A stretch of 63,814 nt of DNA, filler included, from Octopus bimaculoides (GCF_001194135.2; 5 parts of 4 records of this genome joined end to end with filler, not necessarily neighbours in it), one strand, 5' to 3'; positions 24,801 through 37,734 are shown, numbered from the whole stretch's first letter. Notes: generated by a model not told the origin, from the sequence alone. Translations and numbers: made by a program.

Positions 24801-25534
24801 TATCTTTCATATGCTTGGAAAAGCTGGAATGAATCTTTCAGTATAGAGAACAGAGAAGAAGAAGAAGAAAAAGAAGTAGAAGACGGAATTTATTTTGAAA
24901 GAAATATAAAAGACGTAAACAGGAAAAGACACTGAAGAAACAGAAACAGTAGAGTACCAAGAGAGCAATCTTTGGATGTCTCTTAAATACTAAGCAGCTA
25001 AAATATCAATAATTCTCAGCCGTTATCTCTTTGCCCTGTATATGCCTCAAAGTGTAAATAAAAGAGAGTACTATTATCATTCATAACTTTATACATTTAT
25101 ATCAATGCATACATATAAGATATTCATATTTCATTAATATATTCAGTTACACAACAATATCCATACACAGACGCATGCATACCCTCAGAAACACATACAG
25201 CATCAAAGACTAACGCTTGTATATATATATATATACATATACGTGTTTAAATATATATAGATGTATATATATATATATATNNNNNNNNNNNNNNNNNNNN
25301 NNNNNNNNNNNNNNNNNNNNNNNNNNNNNNNNNNNNNNNNNNNNNNNNNNNNNNNNNNNNNNNNNNNNNNNNNNNNNNNNNNNNNNNNNNNNNNNNNNNN
25401 NNNNNNNNNNNNNNNNNNNNNNNNNNNNNNNNNNNNNNNNNNNNNNNNNNNNNNNNNNNNNNNNNNNNNATATATATGTATATATACATATATATGTATA
25501 TGCATATATAGAAATATAGACATGGATATATTTG

Positions 25535-25565
<31 letters not shown>

Positions 25566-26115
25566 ATATATGTGTATGTGTGTGTGTGTGTGTGTGTGTG
25601 TTTCTGTGTGTGTGTATGTGCACATGTGTATATATATACATATATATGTATATATATATATATGTATGTATATGAACATATATGTATATATATGTATGTA
25701 TATGTACATATATGTATATGTGTATATTCGTAGTTGTAAATGTGCACAGTTGATGGTAAATCTTTTTATGGTTCTCCAACTAGTATTGAGTTCTTTATTC
25801 CGTTCATGTTTAGTGTACTCAAGTATAAAGCTAGCCATTATGTGTGCGTGTCTCTGCGTATGTGTCTGTCTGTGTGTATGTGTCTGTGTCTGTGTTTGTG
25901 CGTGTGCGTATGTAGGTGTATGTAAAAGAAAGAAAGAAAGAGAACGGATTGTGTGAATTCGTACAGTGTTATGCTGATAGATACGTGTATGCCCACAAAT
26001 AAATAAATATTCACACACACAGCATACACACACTCAGACACACACACATGCATACACACATATATATATATTCACGTATATATAGATATAAATATAGATA
26101 CAAATATATATACAT

Positions 26116-26173
<58 letters not shown>

Positions 26174-26274
26174 NNNNNNNNNNNNNNNNNNNNNNNNNNN
26201 NNNNNNNNNNNNNNNNNTTAATTAATTAANNNNNNNNNNNNNNNNNNNNNNNNNNNNNNNNNNNNNNNNNNNNA

Positions 26275-26692
26275 CTTTTCTTAAGTTTTCTATGTTAATT
26301 TGTGATGCACATCTGATTCCATCCTCTATGAGTTGAACTGGGTAGCGTCTGTCAATTAGTGTGTTTTTGAGTTCTTGTAGTCTGTAGTCTCTAGTATTTT
26401 GTTCTGACACTATTGTGCATATCCGTCTTACAAGGTTGAAGGGGATGTTTGTCTTGGTGTGTCTTGGGTGACATGAATCAAATAGTAGATATTGTTTGGC
26501 GTCTGTGGTTTTGTAAAATATGTCCGTTTCTATTTTTAGGTTTACATTTTTAATTAGTATATCCACGAATGGGAGCTCCTTTTGGTTGTACTCCATTCTG
26601 AACTGTATGTTTGGGTTGACACTGTTCAATAGAATTTTGAATTTCTCTGCACCGCCAGCAGATTGCATTCCCAGAATACCGAATGATACCAT
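26275..26692 (-). mobile_element. Penelope-like RT C-terminal fragment (inverted part)
   Basis: LNSVNPNIQFRMEY...LPFVDILI...TDIFYKTTDAKQYLLFDSCHPRHTKTNIPFNLVRRICTIVSE. Confidence 0.9.
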
Positions 26693-26694
26693 TT

Positions 26695-26847
26695 AGTGAT
26701 CATATTGAGAAATGCGCAAAACAAATGCTACCTCAATTTATAATCTTTCCTTTCCATCAAAGTGCCATTAAATCACCAATACAGATTAGATTAAATAAGG
26801 AAACCTTTTTCATTCAAAAATTCAAACCCAAACTTAACCATTCCTAA
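26695..26847 (+). mobile_element. Penelope-like GIY-YIG C-terminal end, in frame to a stop codon
   Basis: SDHIEKCAKQMLPQFIIFPFHQ...RLNKETFFIQKFKPKLNHS*, similar to the 11.76-11.9 kb copy. Confidence 0.75.
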
Positions 26848-27549
26848 AAAGAATTCATCCTATTATTGAATTTAAATATATAACCAGAATATATTCAGTG
26901 CTGAATTTATTCTGAAAAAACACATGTACCGAGATGCAATTCGAAATTCCTGCCACTTACATAGGTAGATAGCGATAAACAGTCTTCTATGTACTATATT
27001 GGATACAAGGTGTTCGCTTGGTATGTTGATTTTCTGTTTACTTCTATTTATCTTGACCATATTATACTGATCGCAATCAGAGGAAGGCCACTTGATTAGT
27101 TGGTATAAAATCAGTGACAGACAAGCTCCGTCCTCCATCCCACACACTACCTTTTCTATTGCTAATATAATATTCTCTGTTTCTCGGAGGTGACATATCA
27201 TCGGTTTCCTCTACTCAGCCATCCATTATCTCCACCTCACATCATCCGTTTCGTGTGCAATAGTTCAGACTCAGACCACGGACTAGCCTATGTACTCAAT
27301 TCCTATTACTTCCACTTTGTAGACCCGATTCCCAGCTTTTGTCTATCCAATAGGTGTCACCTTGCAATAGTATAACGCGAACATCAACGAGAACTCTCAC
27401 TAGTTTTGGAGGATTTGCAAATGACATAGACATTGCCCTTTCTTCCAAACTCGGAAATTGCAGTTCTATATCTTAGAGATGAGGAATTATGTACATTACT
27501 TTACATTATTTACATTTGACGGATATTTGTCCTCATCTAGTTTGTTGTT

Positions 27550-27595
27550 AACACAACGTTTCGGCTGATATACCCCCCAGCCTTCATCAGGTGTC
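27550..27595 (-). ncRNA. Minimal type I hammerhead (PLE-type), intact core, needs dimeric helix III
   Basis: GACAC-CUGAUGA-A-GGCUG gggggUAUAU CAGCC-GAA-ACGU-U-GUGUU. One extra A follows A9 and helix III is the loopless palindrome ACGU. Confidence 0.75.
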
Positions 27596-27676
27596 TTGAG
27601 GAAATTTCGAACATGGGTTCTCATTCCTAAGGTATTTTTCGATGAGAATGAGAACAAAGGTTCGAAATTTCCCCAA

Positions 27677-27722
27677 GACACCTGACAAAAGCTGGAGGGT
27701 ACATCAGCCGAAACGTTGTGTT
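27677..27722 (+). ncRNA. Mutated sister hammerhead (probably inactive)
   Basis: Core reads CUGACAA (G8 to A) and G10.1 is A. The remainder matches the minus-strand copy. Confidence 0.6.
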
Positions 27723-29426
27723 AACATCAAAGAACATGAGGACAAATATCCGGCAAATGTAAATAATGTAAATTATCGGAAAATGCAGCATCAAAAATAA
27801 CTGCAACACTACGCTATGTATTTGAGGTGATTATTCATTAACCTCATCTTTAAAGATAAAGCAATGTTCATATTTATCTCTTCATGTCGATCAATTTCAT
27901 CCCTGATCGTTATCAGATATCTAGAACCAGTGATCTCCACAATGCAGATAAGAATGTTATTAGCTCCAGATTAAAATTATAATTGTGTAGTTTGAATCCA
28001 ATCTGGTTTTGTCTGACAAATAAAAGCCACTTACTTAAAGTTCATGTAAACTCAATATGAATAGTGGCTGGTGATTTAAGCACGAGCCCACTAATTTTGA
28101 GGAGAGAGGAGTTATTTGATACCGCTGTGTATATTACTCATTTTATCGATCCAGTAAGGTTAAAAGATAAAAGTTCAGCTCGACAAGATTTGAACTCAGT
28201 ACGGAAAGAACCAGAAACACTAAAGCGCTAATTGAATTAGGGACTGCGATATATTTTTTTAGGAAGAATTCATTATACAACAAAATGGAAAATATTTTAA
28301 GGAACAAGGGTTAACATTGGTGAAAAGTTTTAAAAACGAAAGGTTAAACAAACGCCGAGATAATTGCTGCTTGGAACCATCGATTTCTGTATGGACTCCA
28401 GCTATTCTGTATTCTTAAACAGGATATTTAGTTTGATTGTCATCTGAGTGTCCTCTGTTGCGGAAACCAAGCGCAGCATCATGTCTCACGTCCCCCACTT
28501 TAACCTCATTAGATTTATTTGAGAGATAATAAGGAGCTGTTAGCAAGTGTCATTGAAAGCATATTTAATATAACAGTCAGCGAGGGAACTTCTTCGAATC
28601 AGCTTTATATCAAACTATACCACCTTTAAAAATGAAGACACAGTTGTGAAAGTAATCCTAGATAAGCTATGCTTGCAAAACAAAATATATAGATTGCTGA
28701 TGACCACAATACCATACATCATTGGTCTACTTGACTAAGGCGGTTATGAAGCTAAAACGACAACAATAATAATGGTTTCAAATTTTGGCACAAGGTCAGC
28801 AATCTCATGGGGCAGTGGTAAGTCGATTGTATTGACCTCAGGTGAATTATTTCCCAAATTCTGGTGAATCTATGTTATAATATTCATGCGACATACATCG
28901 ATGGAGAATAATGGAAAAATAGAGGAAAAGATAATATGAGAGACGCGCTAGGATACATAAATATAAAGAGATAGTATGATAGGAGCTAAACGCTTCCATG
29001 CTGTTAAAAAAAGATAAGTCAAGATATATTTAAGTGGCGTACACTAATTGACAAGGCTAGTTTGGAAAATTATAACATTCCAAGAACAGGAGAGAATTCT
29101 TGGTTTCTGTCGAATGTGAAATCAATTAGCGAAAAAACATAAGAATTTCCAGATAAATCTTCCGTTTGTAAGATAGAAAAGATAGCGATGCTATGTATGA
29201 GGTAAATATATTTCAAGAGAAATACCGCTGTGAATGAAGTAAAACAAATATTGACTTGTAATCATGAACTTATTTTCTAATTTCGGTGTGAAAGACCTAT
29301 TTCGGAAGAGACGATGAGCGTAGTATGAAGCATATGTACGCCCACGCAGACACAGACATGGTCTCTTCTCTTTCTCTCCCCTGCTCTTTCTCCATCTTTC
29401 CTTGCACACTCTCTCTCTCTCTCTCC

Positions 29427-29486
<60 letters not shown>

Positions 29487-29489
29487 TCT

Positions 29490-29660
29490 GTTTCTTCTTT
29501 CAGTCACTTGACTGCGGCCATACTGGAGCACCACTTTCAAGGGTTTTAGTCGAGCAAATTGAGCCAAGGACGTATTTTTTAAGCCCAGTACTTATTCTAT
29601 CGGTCTCTTTTGCCGATCCGCTAAGCACACCAACATCAGTTGTCAAGTTTGGATGCGGCC
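29490..29660 (-). mobile_element. SINE 3' half (GACTGCGGCCATGCTGGAGCAC family)
   Basis: Matches 47560-47710, 53500-53690 and 55545-55700. Confidence 0.75.
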
Positions 29661-30039
29661 ACAAACACAGAGACAGAGACAAACACACACATTGATGTAG
29701 ATATATACATATATGTAATATATATACAATAGTCATTTCCGTGTCTTCCACACAGCTTTCACTAGGTTAGGAACAAGAGATATATAAATATAAGATCGAA
29801 GGATGGAGGTGTAGGAAGAAAGTTAGCTTGAAGCAATTCATAGTAAATATAAAACAAAACAAATCTCAGAGGCAATAGCGGTTTATTGAGACGGAAGGTT
29901 GTGGATTTTTTCTTATCAGAGTATGATAAACTGAAACGCTATCCTTCTCAACAAACCACTATTGTCCCTGAAAGTTGTTTTGTATCTATACTACGGATTG
30001 CTTGAAGCTACCTTTCTTCCTACACTTCGATCCTTCGAA

Positions 30040-30180
30040 GTTTTATACGGCGGGCTTCTTTCAGCTTCTATCTCCTGAATCCACCCAAAAGGCTTTGGTC
30101 GGCCGGGGGTTATAGAAGAAAACACTTGCCCAAGTGCCACGAGGTGGGAGTGAACCCGAAACGTGTGGTTGGAAAGCACT
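30040..30180 (-). mobile_element. SINE head (CCTTGGGCAAG family)
   Basis: CACTTGCCCAAGTGCCACG...TGAACCCGAAAC matches 4986-5100 in reverse. Confidence 0.75.
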
Positions 30181-30398
30181 GCATACATGAATACACTTGC
30201 ATTCACCACGGGCACACATTCCTATGTTAATGTATGTATGTATGTATGTATGTATTTGTGTATATATACATATATATTACATAAATTTTATCTATGCATC
30301 TATCCATCTATCTATGAATACACATACACACAAACACACACATATCAGGTTGTTTCTTATGACCTGTCAGAAAGTTGTAGAGACCGTTACGTGCCTCC

Positions 30399-30473
30399 AG
30401 TCATTTGCGCCTGACGAGTCACTAATACAGCTGAGCACTTTACAGGTGCGAAACCAGTGGTCATTCTGTGACT
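30399..30473 (+). ncRNA. Hammerhead-like motif with complete core but mismatched proximal helix I
   Basis: CUGACGA 30411-30417, G10.1/C11.1, GAAA 30450-30453, helix III ACC-agu-GGU, and a GUC triplet ending at 30462. Confidence 0.4.
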
Positions 30474-31202
30474 CCCCCCATAATAAACAGTCTTTCTAAA
30501 TATTTCTACTGTCTTACGGCACGCTTCTTTTTCGGCTGTAAGAACTAATGGCTTCTGGCCGACCGCCAACACCTGCTATCTCCCTCTCCCATGTTCTTGC
30601 CTTTAGGCTTTCACTTCATACACGCCAGCTCAATTTGATTTGTTCTCAGTCGAAAGACACCTGTTGTTATATACTTGTTACTTTGTATTTGCAATTGTGT
30701 ACCATGTTCTCCGTTTTTTGTCTTTGTTGCCGTACACATTCGCTAGCTTTCAGATAAAAATTCTAATGCTCTTAGATTAGACTTTTGGGTGGAGCAACCA
30801 GATCGAATTGTCTCAAGTGGAACTGCCCGAAACAGTAAGAACATATGGCAACTTAACTGAAAAAAGAAGGCCACAAATGACCCGCCCTTTTNNNNNNNNN
30901 NNNNNNNNNNNNNNNNNNNNNNNNNNNNNNNNNNNNNNNNNNNNNNNNNNNNNNNNNNNNNNNNNNNNNNNNNNNNNNNNNNNNNNNNNNNNNNNNNNNN
31001 NNNNNNNNNNNNNNNNNNNNNNNNNNNNNNNNNNNNNNNNNNNNNNNNNNNNNNNNNNNNNNNNNNNNNNNNNNNNNNNNNNNNNNNNNNNNNNNNNNNN
31101 NNNNNNNNNNNNNNNNNNNNNNNNNNNNNNNNNNNNNNNNNNNNNNNNNNNNNNNNNNNNNNNNNNNNNNNNNNNNNNNNNNNNNNNNNNNNNNNNNNNN
31201 NN

Positions 31203-31255
<53 letters not shown>

Positions 31256-31534
31256 TGTTGTTGCGAAAATGGTACACTTCTTCCCCCGTGACAAAGTGGT
31301 ATGAACCAGCCACTATAAAGTCAGACAGTCAGTCGTTGTAGAAAGACATTAGTAGTAGAGTCTTTGGACGAGTTTTAAGTTGGAGTTAGTGATAGCTATG
31401 TGATATATACGAGTTCGAGTTAGCGACAAGGTAGACGCTTCAAAATCAATTCTTGCGAAGCCCTCAACGATAGTACGAAAGACTAGTCAAATATAATAAG
31501 ACGTGGAATACCGCCACAACGTGATAGTGGCGAC
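31256..31534 (+). mobile_element. Candidate Gypsy 5' LTR (about 266 bp) with PBS-like TGGCGAC
   Basis: TGTTGTTGCG ... CGCCACAACG near-inverted termini, TATAAA near 31313, and TGGCGAC at 31528-31534. Confidence 0.4.
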
Positions 31535-32132
31535 AAGAAAACTACAGTGCCGACAATAACATACAAGTGGACGAGGATCTACATTATAACAATATATATA
31601 TATATATTTTTATTCGTTTCCGCCATGCAACTGCGTTCATGCTGGACCACCACCGTGGGGAAAATAGGGAACGTTTCATGAATTTCTGTGTCATCCTCGT
31701 GCCATGCTAATCTCAGCATCGTTCCAATTTTGAAATATGTACTACCAAAGGAATTCTCGAAAGCAGGATTGCAATGAAGACAGCTTAGAAAATCGGGTAA
31801 ATACCCTTTAGAAGACAGGAAAAGATGGCTGATAAGCCGCTCTAGAGACTCGAACGCAGTATCTCCGAAATTCCGGCTGATCAGTGTGTTCAGTAAAAGT
31901 ATTCGTAAATGCTATATGCAAAAATATTCGAGAATATCTTAATTATCAAGGAAATATAAAATATCAAATGTTAAAGATATTCCTAAATGTGTTACACAAG
32001 AATCAGTTGTCATCCAGAAAGGACGCATTTTATTCATCACTCTTAATGTAAAACTAATTAAAAGGAGGGAAATATAATTAACACCAAAAAGTACCATAGC
32101 CAATTAACCTACTTCGTCTGATTTATTCACAG

Positions 32133-32169
32133 ATGTCGTTGCAGACATGAAAGAAACAACATGTTCAAG
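32133..32169 (+). other. Candidate 37-bp exon
   Basis: Acceptor TTTATTCACAG and donor AAG|GTAAGG. One open frame reads (D)VVADMKETTCS. Confidence 0.25.
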
Positions 32170-33296
32170 GTAAGGTATTTACTAACGATATTTTGGAATT
32201 AATTTGAATTTCGATACCTCGGTACTTCAGTTGATTGAACAATCGGCAACGTGAATTTCATGGTACCATGTACGAAGCTCTATGTTCTCACAATAAGAAT
32301 GTGCACAGTACCACACACATACATACACACACATATATATAGCTGAAAACGCATCATTGGGTTATCAGTGAGATCAGAGAATTACGCATGCATTCTGCAT
32401 ACTTTATTGTATAGACCCAATAATGTTTTCTTACAATTTGGCTATGAGGAGAATTTTCTCTCTAGATTATTTTCTGGGTGCACACGCACATGTTAAATAT
32501 TATTGTAAATACGTATATTTCATTTAATACTGTTTCATTGAGATAATGACGCTCTCTCTCTCCCCCTATATATATATANNNNNNNNNNNNNNNNNNNNNN
32601 NNNNNNNNNNNNNNNNNNNNNNNNNNNNNNNNNNNNNNNNNNNNNNNNNNNNNNNNNNNNNNNNNNNNNNNNNNNNNNNNNNNNNNNNNNNNNNNNNNNN
32701 NNNNNNNNNNNNNNNNNNNNNNNNNNNNNNNNNNNNNNNNNNNNNNNNNNNNNNNNNNNNNNNNNNNNNNNNNNNNNNNNNNNNNNNNNNNNNNNNNNNN
32801 NNNNNNNNNNNNNNNNNNNNNNNNNNNNNNNNNNNNNNNNNNNNNNNNNNNNNNNNNNNNNNNNNNNNNNNNNNNNNNNNNNNNNNNNNNNNNNNNNNNN
32901 NNNNNNNNNNNNNNNNNNNNNNNNNNNNNNNNNNNNNNNNNNNNNNNNNNNNNNNNNNNNNNNNNNNNNNNNNNNNNNNNNNNNNNNNNNNNNNNNNNNN
33001 NNNNNNNNNNNNNNNNNNNNNNNNNNNNNNNNNNNNNNNNNNNNNNNNNNNNNNNNNNNNNNNNNNNNNNNNNNNNNNNNNNNNNNNNNNNNNNNNNNNN
33101 NNNNNNNNNNNNNNNNNNNNNNNNNNNNNNNNNNNNNNNNNNNNNNNNNNNNNNNNNNNNNNNNNNNNNNNNNNNNNNNNNNNNNNNNNNNNNNNNNNNN
33201 NNNNNNNNNNNNNNNNNNNNNNNNNNNNNNNNNNNNNNNNNNNNNNNNNNNNNNNNNNNNNNNNNNNNNNNNNNNNNNNNNNNNNNNNNNNNNNNN

Positions 33297-33359
<63 letters not shown>

Positions 33360-34006
33360 AAGGTAATTACATGATGTATTAATCTCTTAAAGGCATGATT
33401 ACATCCAAGATTACACTGGTTCAATACCTTATATCCCTGGGAAATAAATTTCCCTAGATCAATAGGTATATATTAATCATATAATCGATATTCAATTGTA
33501 AGAATGATTAGCAATTTATTAATGAATAGTTATTAACCGTTAACTCCCCATTTTCTTCTCTTAATTGAATATGGATTATACATACACACACATACACACA
33601 TACATACATACATACATACAAACATGCATACATTCATACATACATACATCTATGCATATGTATTTTTTATGTATGTATGTACGTATGTCTTTATGTATCT
33701 ACCTACATGATACCATTGTAAAGATAAGTGATATTTTTATTTTGCGCCTCAGAGTCTCTTTTGAATATGAATTTCATCTGAGTGTGCGTAAGGCGATGTT
33801 CAGATGTGTTATGACTTGCTCGTATCGCAAGAGACTGTTTTGATCATAATAAAAGTATTTTTTATCAATAGTATACATACATACACACACACACACACTC
33901 ACACACACTGAGACACACACACACATACACACACCCATACACACACACACACAAACATATATGAGAGAGGGAGAGAGATACGAAAAGACATATCTATACG
34001 TATACT

Positions 34007-34049
<43 letters not shown>

Positions 34050-34539
34050 TCGACTGCATATGTGCGTAGGTATATATGCGAATGTATACCACACATTGAA
34101 CGTGTAGTAATATATTTATAACAGTGAACATCCCACTTATGTCAATGGACTTCCAGTATCTTATTATTTTATTGCATTTTATTTACTTATCTATTTATTT
34201 TACTGTTTCTGACGTGGACAGAGGCAGCCATTGTTGTCTATTGTAGACGTCTACTTTTGCATTCTTTCTGTTGCCTTCCTATTTATCTGTAGATTCTGAG
34301 ATGAATCTAAACATCTCTAACAAGGCACCATTTGTCTACAGAACAGTAATATGTTCCTGTCAAAGTCACAATCTACAACAACCGAAGAAGAAAAAAAACA
34401 AGAAAACAAAAAAGAAAGAAAACAACCAACGGATGTTTTCCGACAATGAAACCCCAGAAGAAGAAGAACAACAACAGCACCAACAGTTTGAACTTCAAAC
34501 AACGTGAGGGATCATCACTATAAACACTACAAGGAGCAA

Positions 34540-34879
34540 TACACCACCACCAACACAACCACTGCCACCACCATCATTACTACTACTACTACTACCACCA
34601 CCATCACTACTACTACTACTACTACCACTACAACAACACTTGCTACTAATACTACTACTACTACTATTACTACTACTGGCTGTATTACTGTTTCTATCTA
34701 CTACGACTATTAATACTACTACAACTGCCACTGCTTCTACTGCTACTACTACTACTACTATCACTACCATCACTACTACTGCAACTATATTAATATTTCT
34801 ACTAACTATTTCACTGCTGCACCTACTCCTCCTCCTCCTCCACCTCCTCCTCCTCCTCCTCCTCCTCCTCCTCCTCCTC

Positions 34880-34921
<42 letters not shown>

Positions 34922-34945
34922 ATGCTATTAATTCTACTGCTACTA
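34540..34945. repeat. Compound trinucleotide array (CAC/TAC/CTC)
   Basis: Directly visible. Confidence 0.95.
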
Positions 34946-34946
34946 C

Positions 34947-35530
34947 AGGAGCACTCCATAGTTTACGACGACGCGGGTCCGAGCTCATCCGATCACCAGA
35001 ACAGCATATCTGAGCATTCCACAGACATGTATACCCTTAACGTAGTTCTCAGGGAGATTCAGCGAGAGGCTGGCCCTTTTGAAATACAGGCACAGCCCAT
35101 TGTTGCCAGCTGGGTGAACTGGAGCAACGTGAAATAATGTGTCTTGCTCAAGAACACAACGCATCGCCGGAAATTGAACTCACCACCTTACGATCGAGAG
35201 TCGAATGCCCTAATTACGAGGCCATGCGCCTTAAAGGAGCACTCCGTCGGTTGCGGTGACGAGGGTCCTAGTTGATAAGATCAACGGAACGGCTTGCTCG
35301 TGAAACCAATGTGCAAGTGGCTGAGCACTCTACAGACACGTGATACCCTTAACGTAGTTCTCAGGAAGATTTAGCGTGACATAGAATGTGACAAGGCCGG
35401 CCCTTTGAAATACAGGTACTACTCATTTTTTGAGAACTAGAGCAACGTGAAAATAAAGTGTCTGCCTCAATTGAACTCACGACTTTACGCTTGTGAGCCG
35501 AATGCCCTAACCACTAAGCCACGCGCCTTC
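34947..35530 (-). mobile_element. Two head-to-tail SINE copies (about 34947-35232 and 35235-35530)
   Basis: Each has the CTCCACAGACACGTGTACCCTTAACGTAG-like body shared with 12331-12613 and a tRNA head (GCCCTAACCACT on plus). Confidence 0.85.
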
Positions 35531-36902
35531 ACTTACTGCTACTACAACTGATGTGGTGTTGTTGCTCTACTTGCAGCTGCTGCTGCTGCTGCTTGTACGA
35601 CTTGTATTATTTATGCTCTTACTACTAACTTTGTTTCTGCTGTTTCTGCAAAAATAATCCCAATACTACTACTACTACTATTTCTACTACTACTACTACT
35701 ACTACTACTGCTACTACTACTACTACTACTACTACTACTGCTGCTGCTACTACTACTACTACTACTAGTACTACTACTACTACAGCTGCTGTTGCTGCTG
35801 CTACTGAGCTACTGTTGCTGCTGTTACTGACATCATGTTTATTATTACAGTTCGTCACAACCTGTCCCTACCACTAATTAGTCATTCAGTCTGCTAGAAA
35901 TTGCAATGAAATCCTGCTTATAAAGACCCCCCACCCTCCCACNNNNNNNNNNNNNNNNNNNNNNNNNNNNNNNNNNNNNNNNNNNNNNNNNNNNNNNNNN
36001 NNNNNNNNNNNNNNNNNNNNNNCCCCAAAAAACTGTGTGATGCCGCGTTTCCAGCATACATATGAAAAAAAAAATGGATGATCAAAACTGGGTTACATTT
36101 GATAATAGAACAGGCCGATCAGTGATTATCTGGGGTGATAAACAATGAAAAGTTAAAGATGTGAAACAAGCTACAAATAACACGAAGACCACGCTTCTTA
36201 TTATCACTGCTTTTAGACAAAGCAAACTTATAGACAACTTACTCAACCAAATACAATTACCAAATATTACTGAACGCGTGGATATGAACGAAGGCCTTTC
36301 ATTCGGATTTTGGCTATAGGCTTTCAGGTTTTCGATCAGGTGTGCAACCAGCTTTTTTAATAAGAGTTTAAACTGACCGCGTATGCCACGGATACCCAGA
36401 CCGATAACGTAAGTGTGAGGTAGAATGAAAGTGATAGGAGTGTTTCAAGGCTGGGCATTTGGTTTACAGGTACAGCCTATCAAGTTGACCCCTGTACAGT
36501 TTCCGTCTACCAAAATTCACTTAGAAAGGTTATGTCAACCTGAAACTATATAAGTCAGCTTGCCTTAGGCATCGCGCAGTGGGATTAACCCTAGGAACGT
36601 AAGACTGGAAACAAACCTCTTAACCCCTCCCCATGTATGTGTCCTTATGAAACATACATAAAACAGAGTGTGTCATATGATTGCTCCATACAGACTAGTT
36701 TGACTTGGCGCTCAACAAAAAGAAAGCAACAACAGTAGCAGAAACAAAACAGCAGCAACAGTAGCAACAATAACAGCAGTGACGAGTGCGATGTTGAGTC
36801 CGACAATAACGATTACGTTACTACGGAAAAGTAATTAACAGAGTTGTTACTTAGAAAATTACTATTTTAAAATTTCACAGCGTGAGATATTCAGCGACTG
36901 TA

Positions 36903-37186
36903 CTTCCGAGTAAAGATTGTTTCCCAACATACCATGGCAGTCCTGGTTTAGGACGAATGTTGCTGTAATTATTTTGTGCTGATGAAGGGAAATAACCCGG
37001 AAATCGCGATACACAGATATTGTTTGAGCTGAGTGGGGGTGCTAGATTCCCTTGTTCGAAAATATAAGAACACAGATCGTATCGTATAGCCAGCTGTAGA
37101 CGATATTTCGTGGGGCTAAATTACAGCAACATTCATCCTAAACCAGGACTGCCATGTTATGTTGGCAACCAATCTTTACTCCGGAG
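36903..37186. mobile_element. MITE-like element with about 63-bp TIRs (36908-36970 and 37119-37181) enclosing a hammerhead
   Basis: GAGTAAAGATTG...CATGGCAGTCCTGGTTTAGGACGAATGTTGCTGTAATT versus AATTACAGCAACATTCATCCTAAACCAGGACTGCCATG...CAATCTTTACTC. Confidence 0.85.
36974..37016 (+). ncRNA. Minimal type I hammerhead with palindromic helix III
   Basis: UUGUG-CUGAUGA-A-GGG aaauaa CCC-G-GAA-AUCGCGAU-A-CACAG. Predicted cleavage after 37011. An A.G mismatch sits at the base of helix II. Confidence 0.65.
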
Positions 37187-37734
37187 TTGTTATTTGTTGT
37201 GAACTCGGTGCTCTGAGTTCAAATCGCGTCTATGTCAGTTTTGCTTCTCATCTTTTCAGACTTGAAACAGAAGTACCAACAATGTACTGTACTTTGGCGA
37301 ATCTATAGAAATGTCAGCTCGGTGCCTTACTGTATTCCTTCCTGCGTTTTGCTTTCTTATTTCGAATCCCGCATAGTCCTAATCTGTCACCCTCTTTAAC
37401 TCCACCACACCCAGGGTCAACTTGATTGATTTTGGCAGAATCAGCTCTGTTGTAAAGATTCCTCTGAATTGAAGGACACGTCCACCTTCCCCAGTACTGT
37501 AGTTAGAGTATGTACCGCCAAAGTTAACTCTTGGATTTGCTCACCCGGGCCCCATGGATATAAGAACTTGCATACTTGACTATGAAAAGCCGCCTCCTTT
37601 AAAAACAGCACCTGGGAGAGATCGACCGCTTTCGCCACTCCAATCCTACGCTATTGACCTTCGACGTTCCTGGATTCTTGTCTCAGGAGCTCTTTGATGT
37701 TTCATGGTCTTTGCCCTCCAGTCCGACCTCAACT

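Larger units (their letters stand above)
27500..27772. mobile_element. About 270-bp palindrome (arms about 127 bp, 19-nt centre) carrying two inverted hammerheads, downstream of a PLE end
   Basis: 27500-27626 is the near-perfect reverse complement of 27646-27772. Confidence 0.9.

Noticed and set aside
36090-36440. About 120-codon stop-free minus frame and a plus-strand GTAAGT at 36409
   Set aside because: No start codon or motif on the minus strand, and every plus frame leading to the donor contains a nearby stop.
37380-37680. GC-richer block with a 65-aa ORF and a frame containing an in-frame TGA (possible selenocysteine)
   Set aside because: That frame has another stop 12 codons upstream, no SECIS or homology was recognised, and no clear splice signals were seen.
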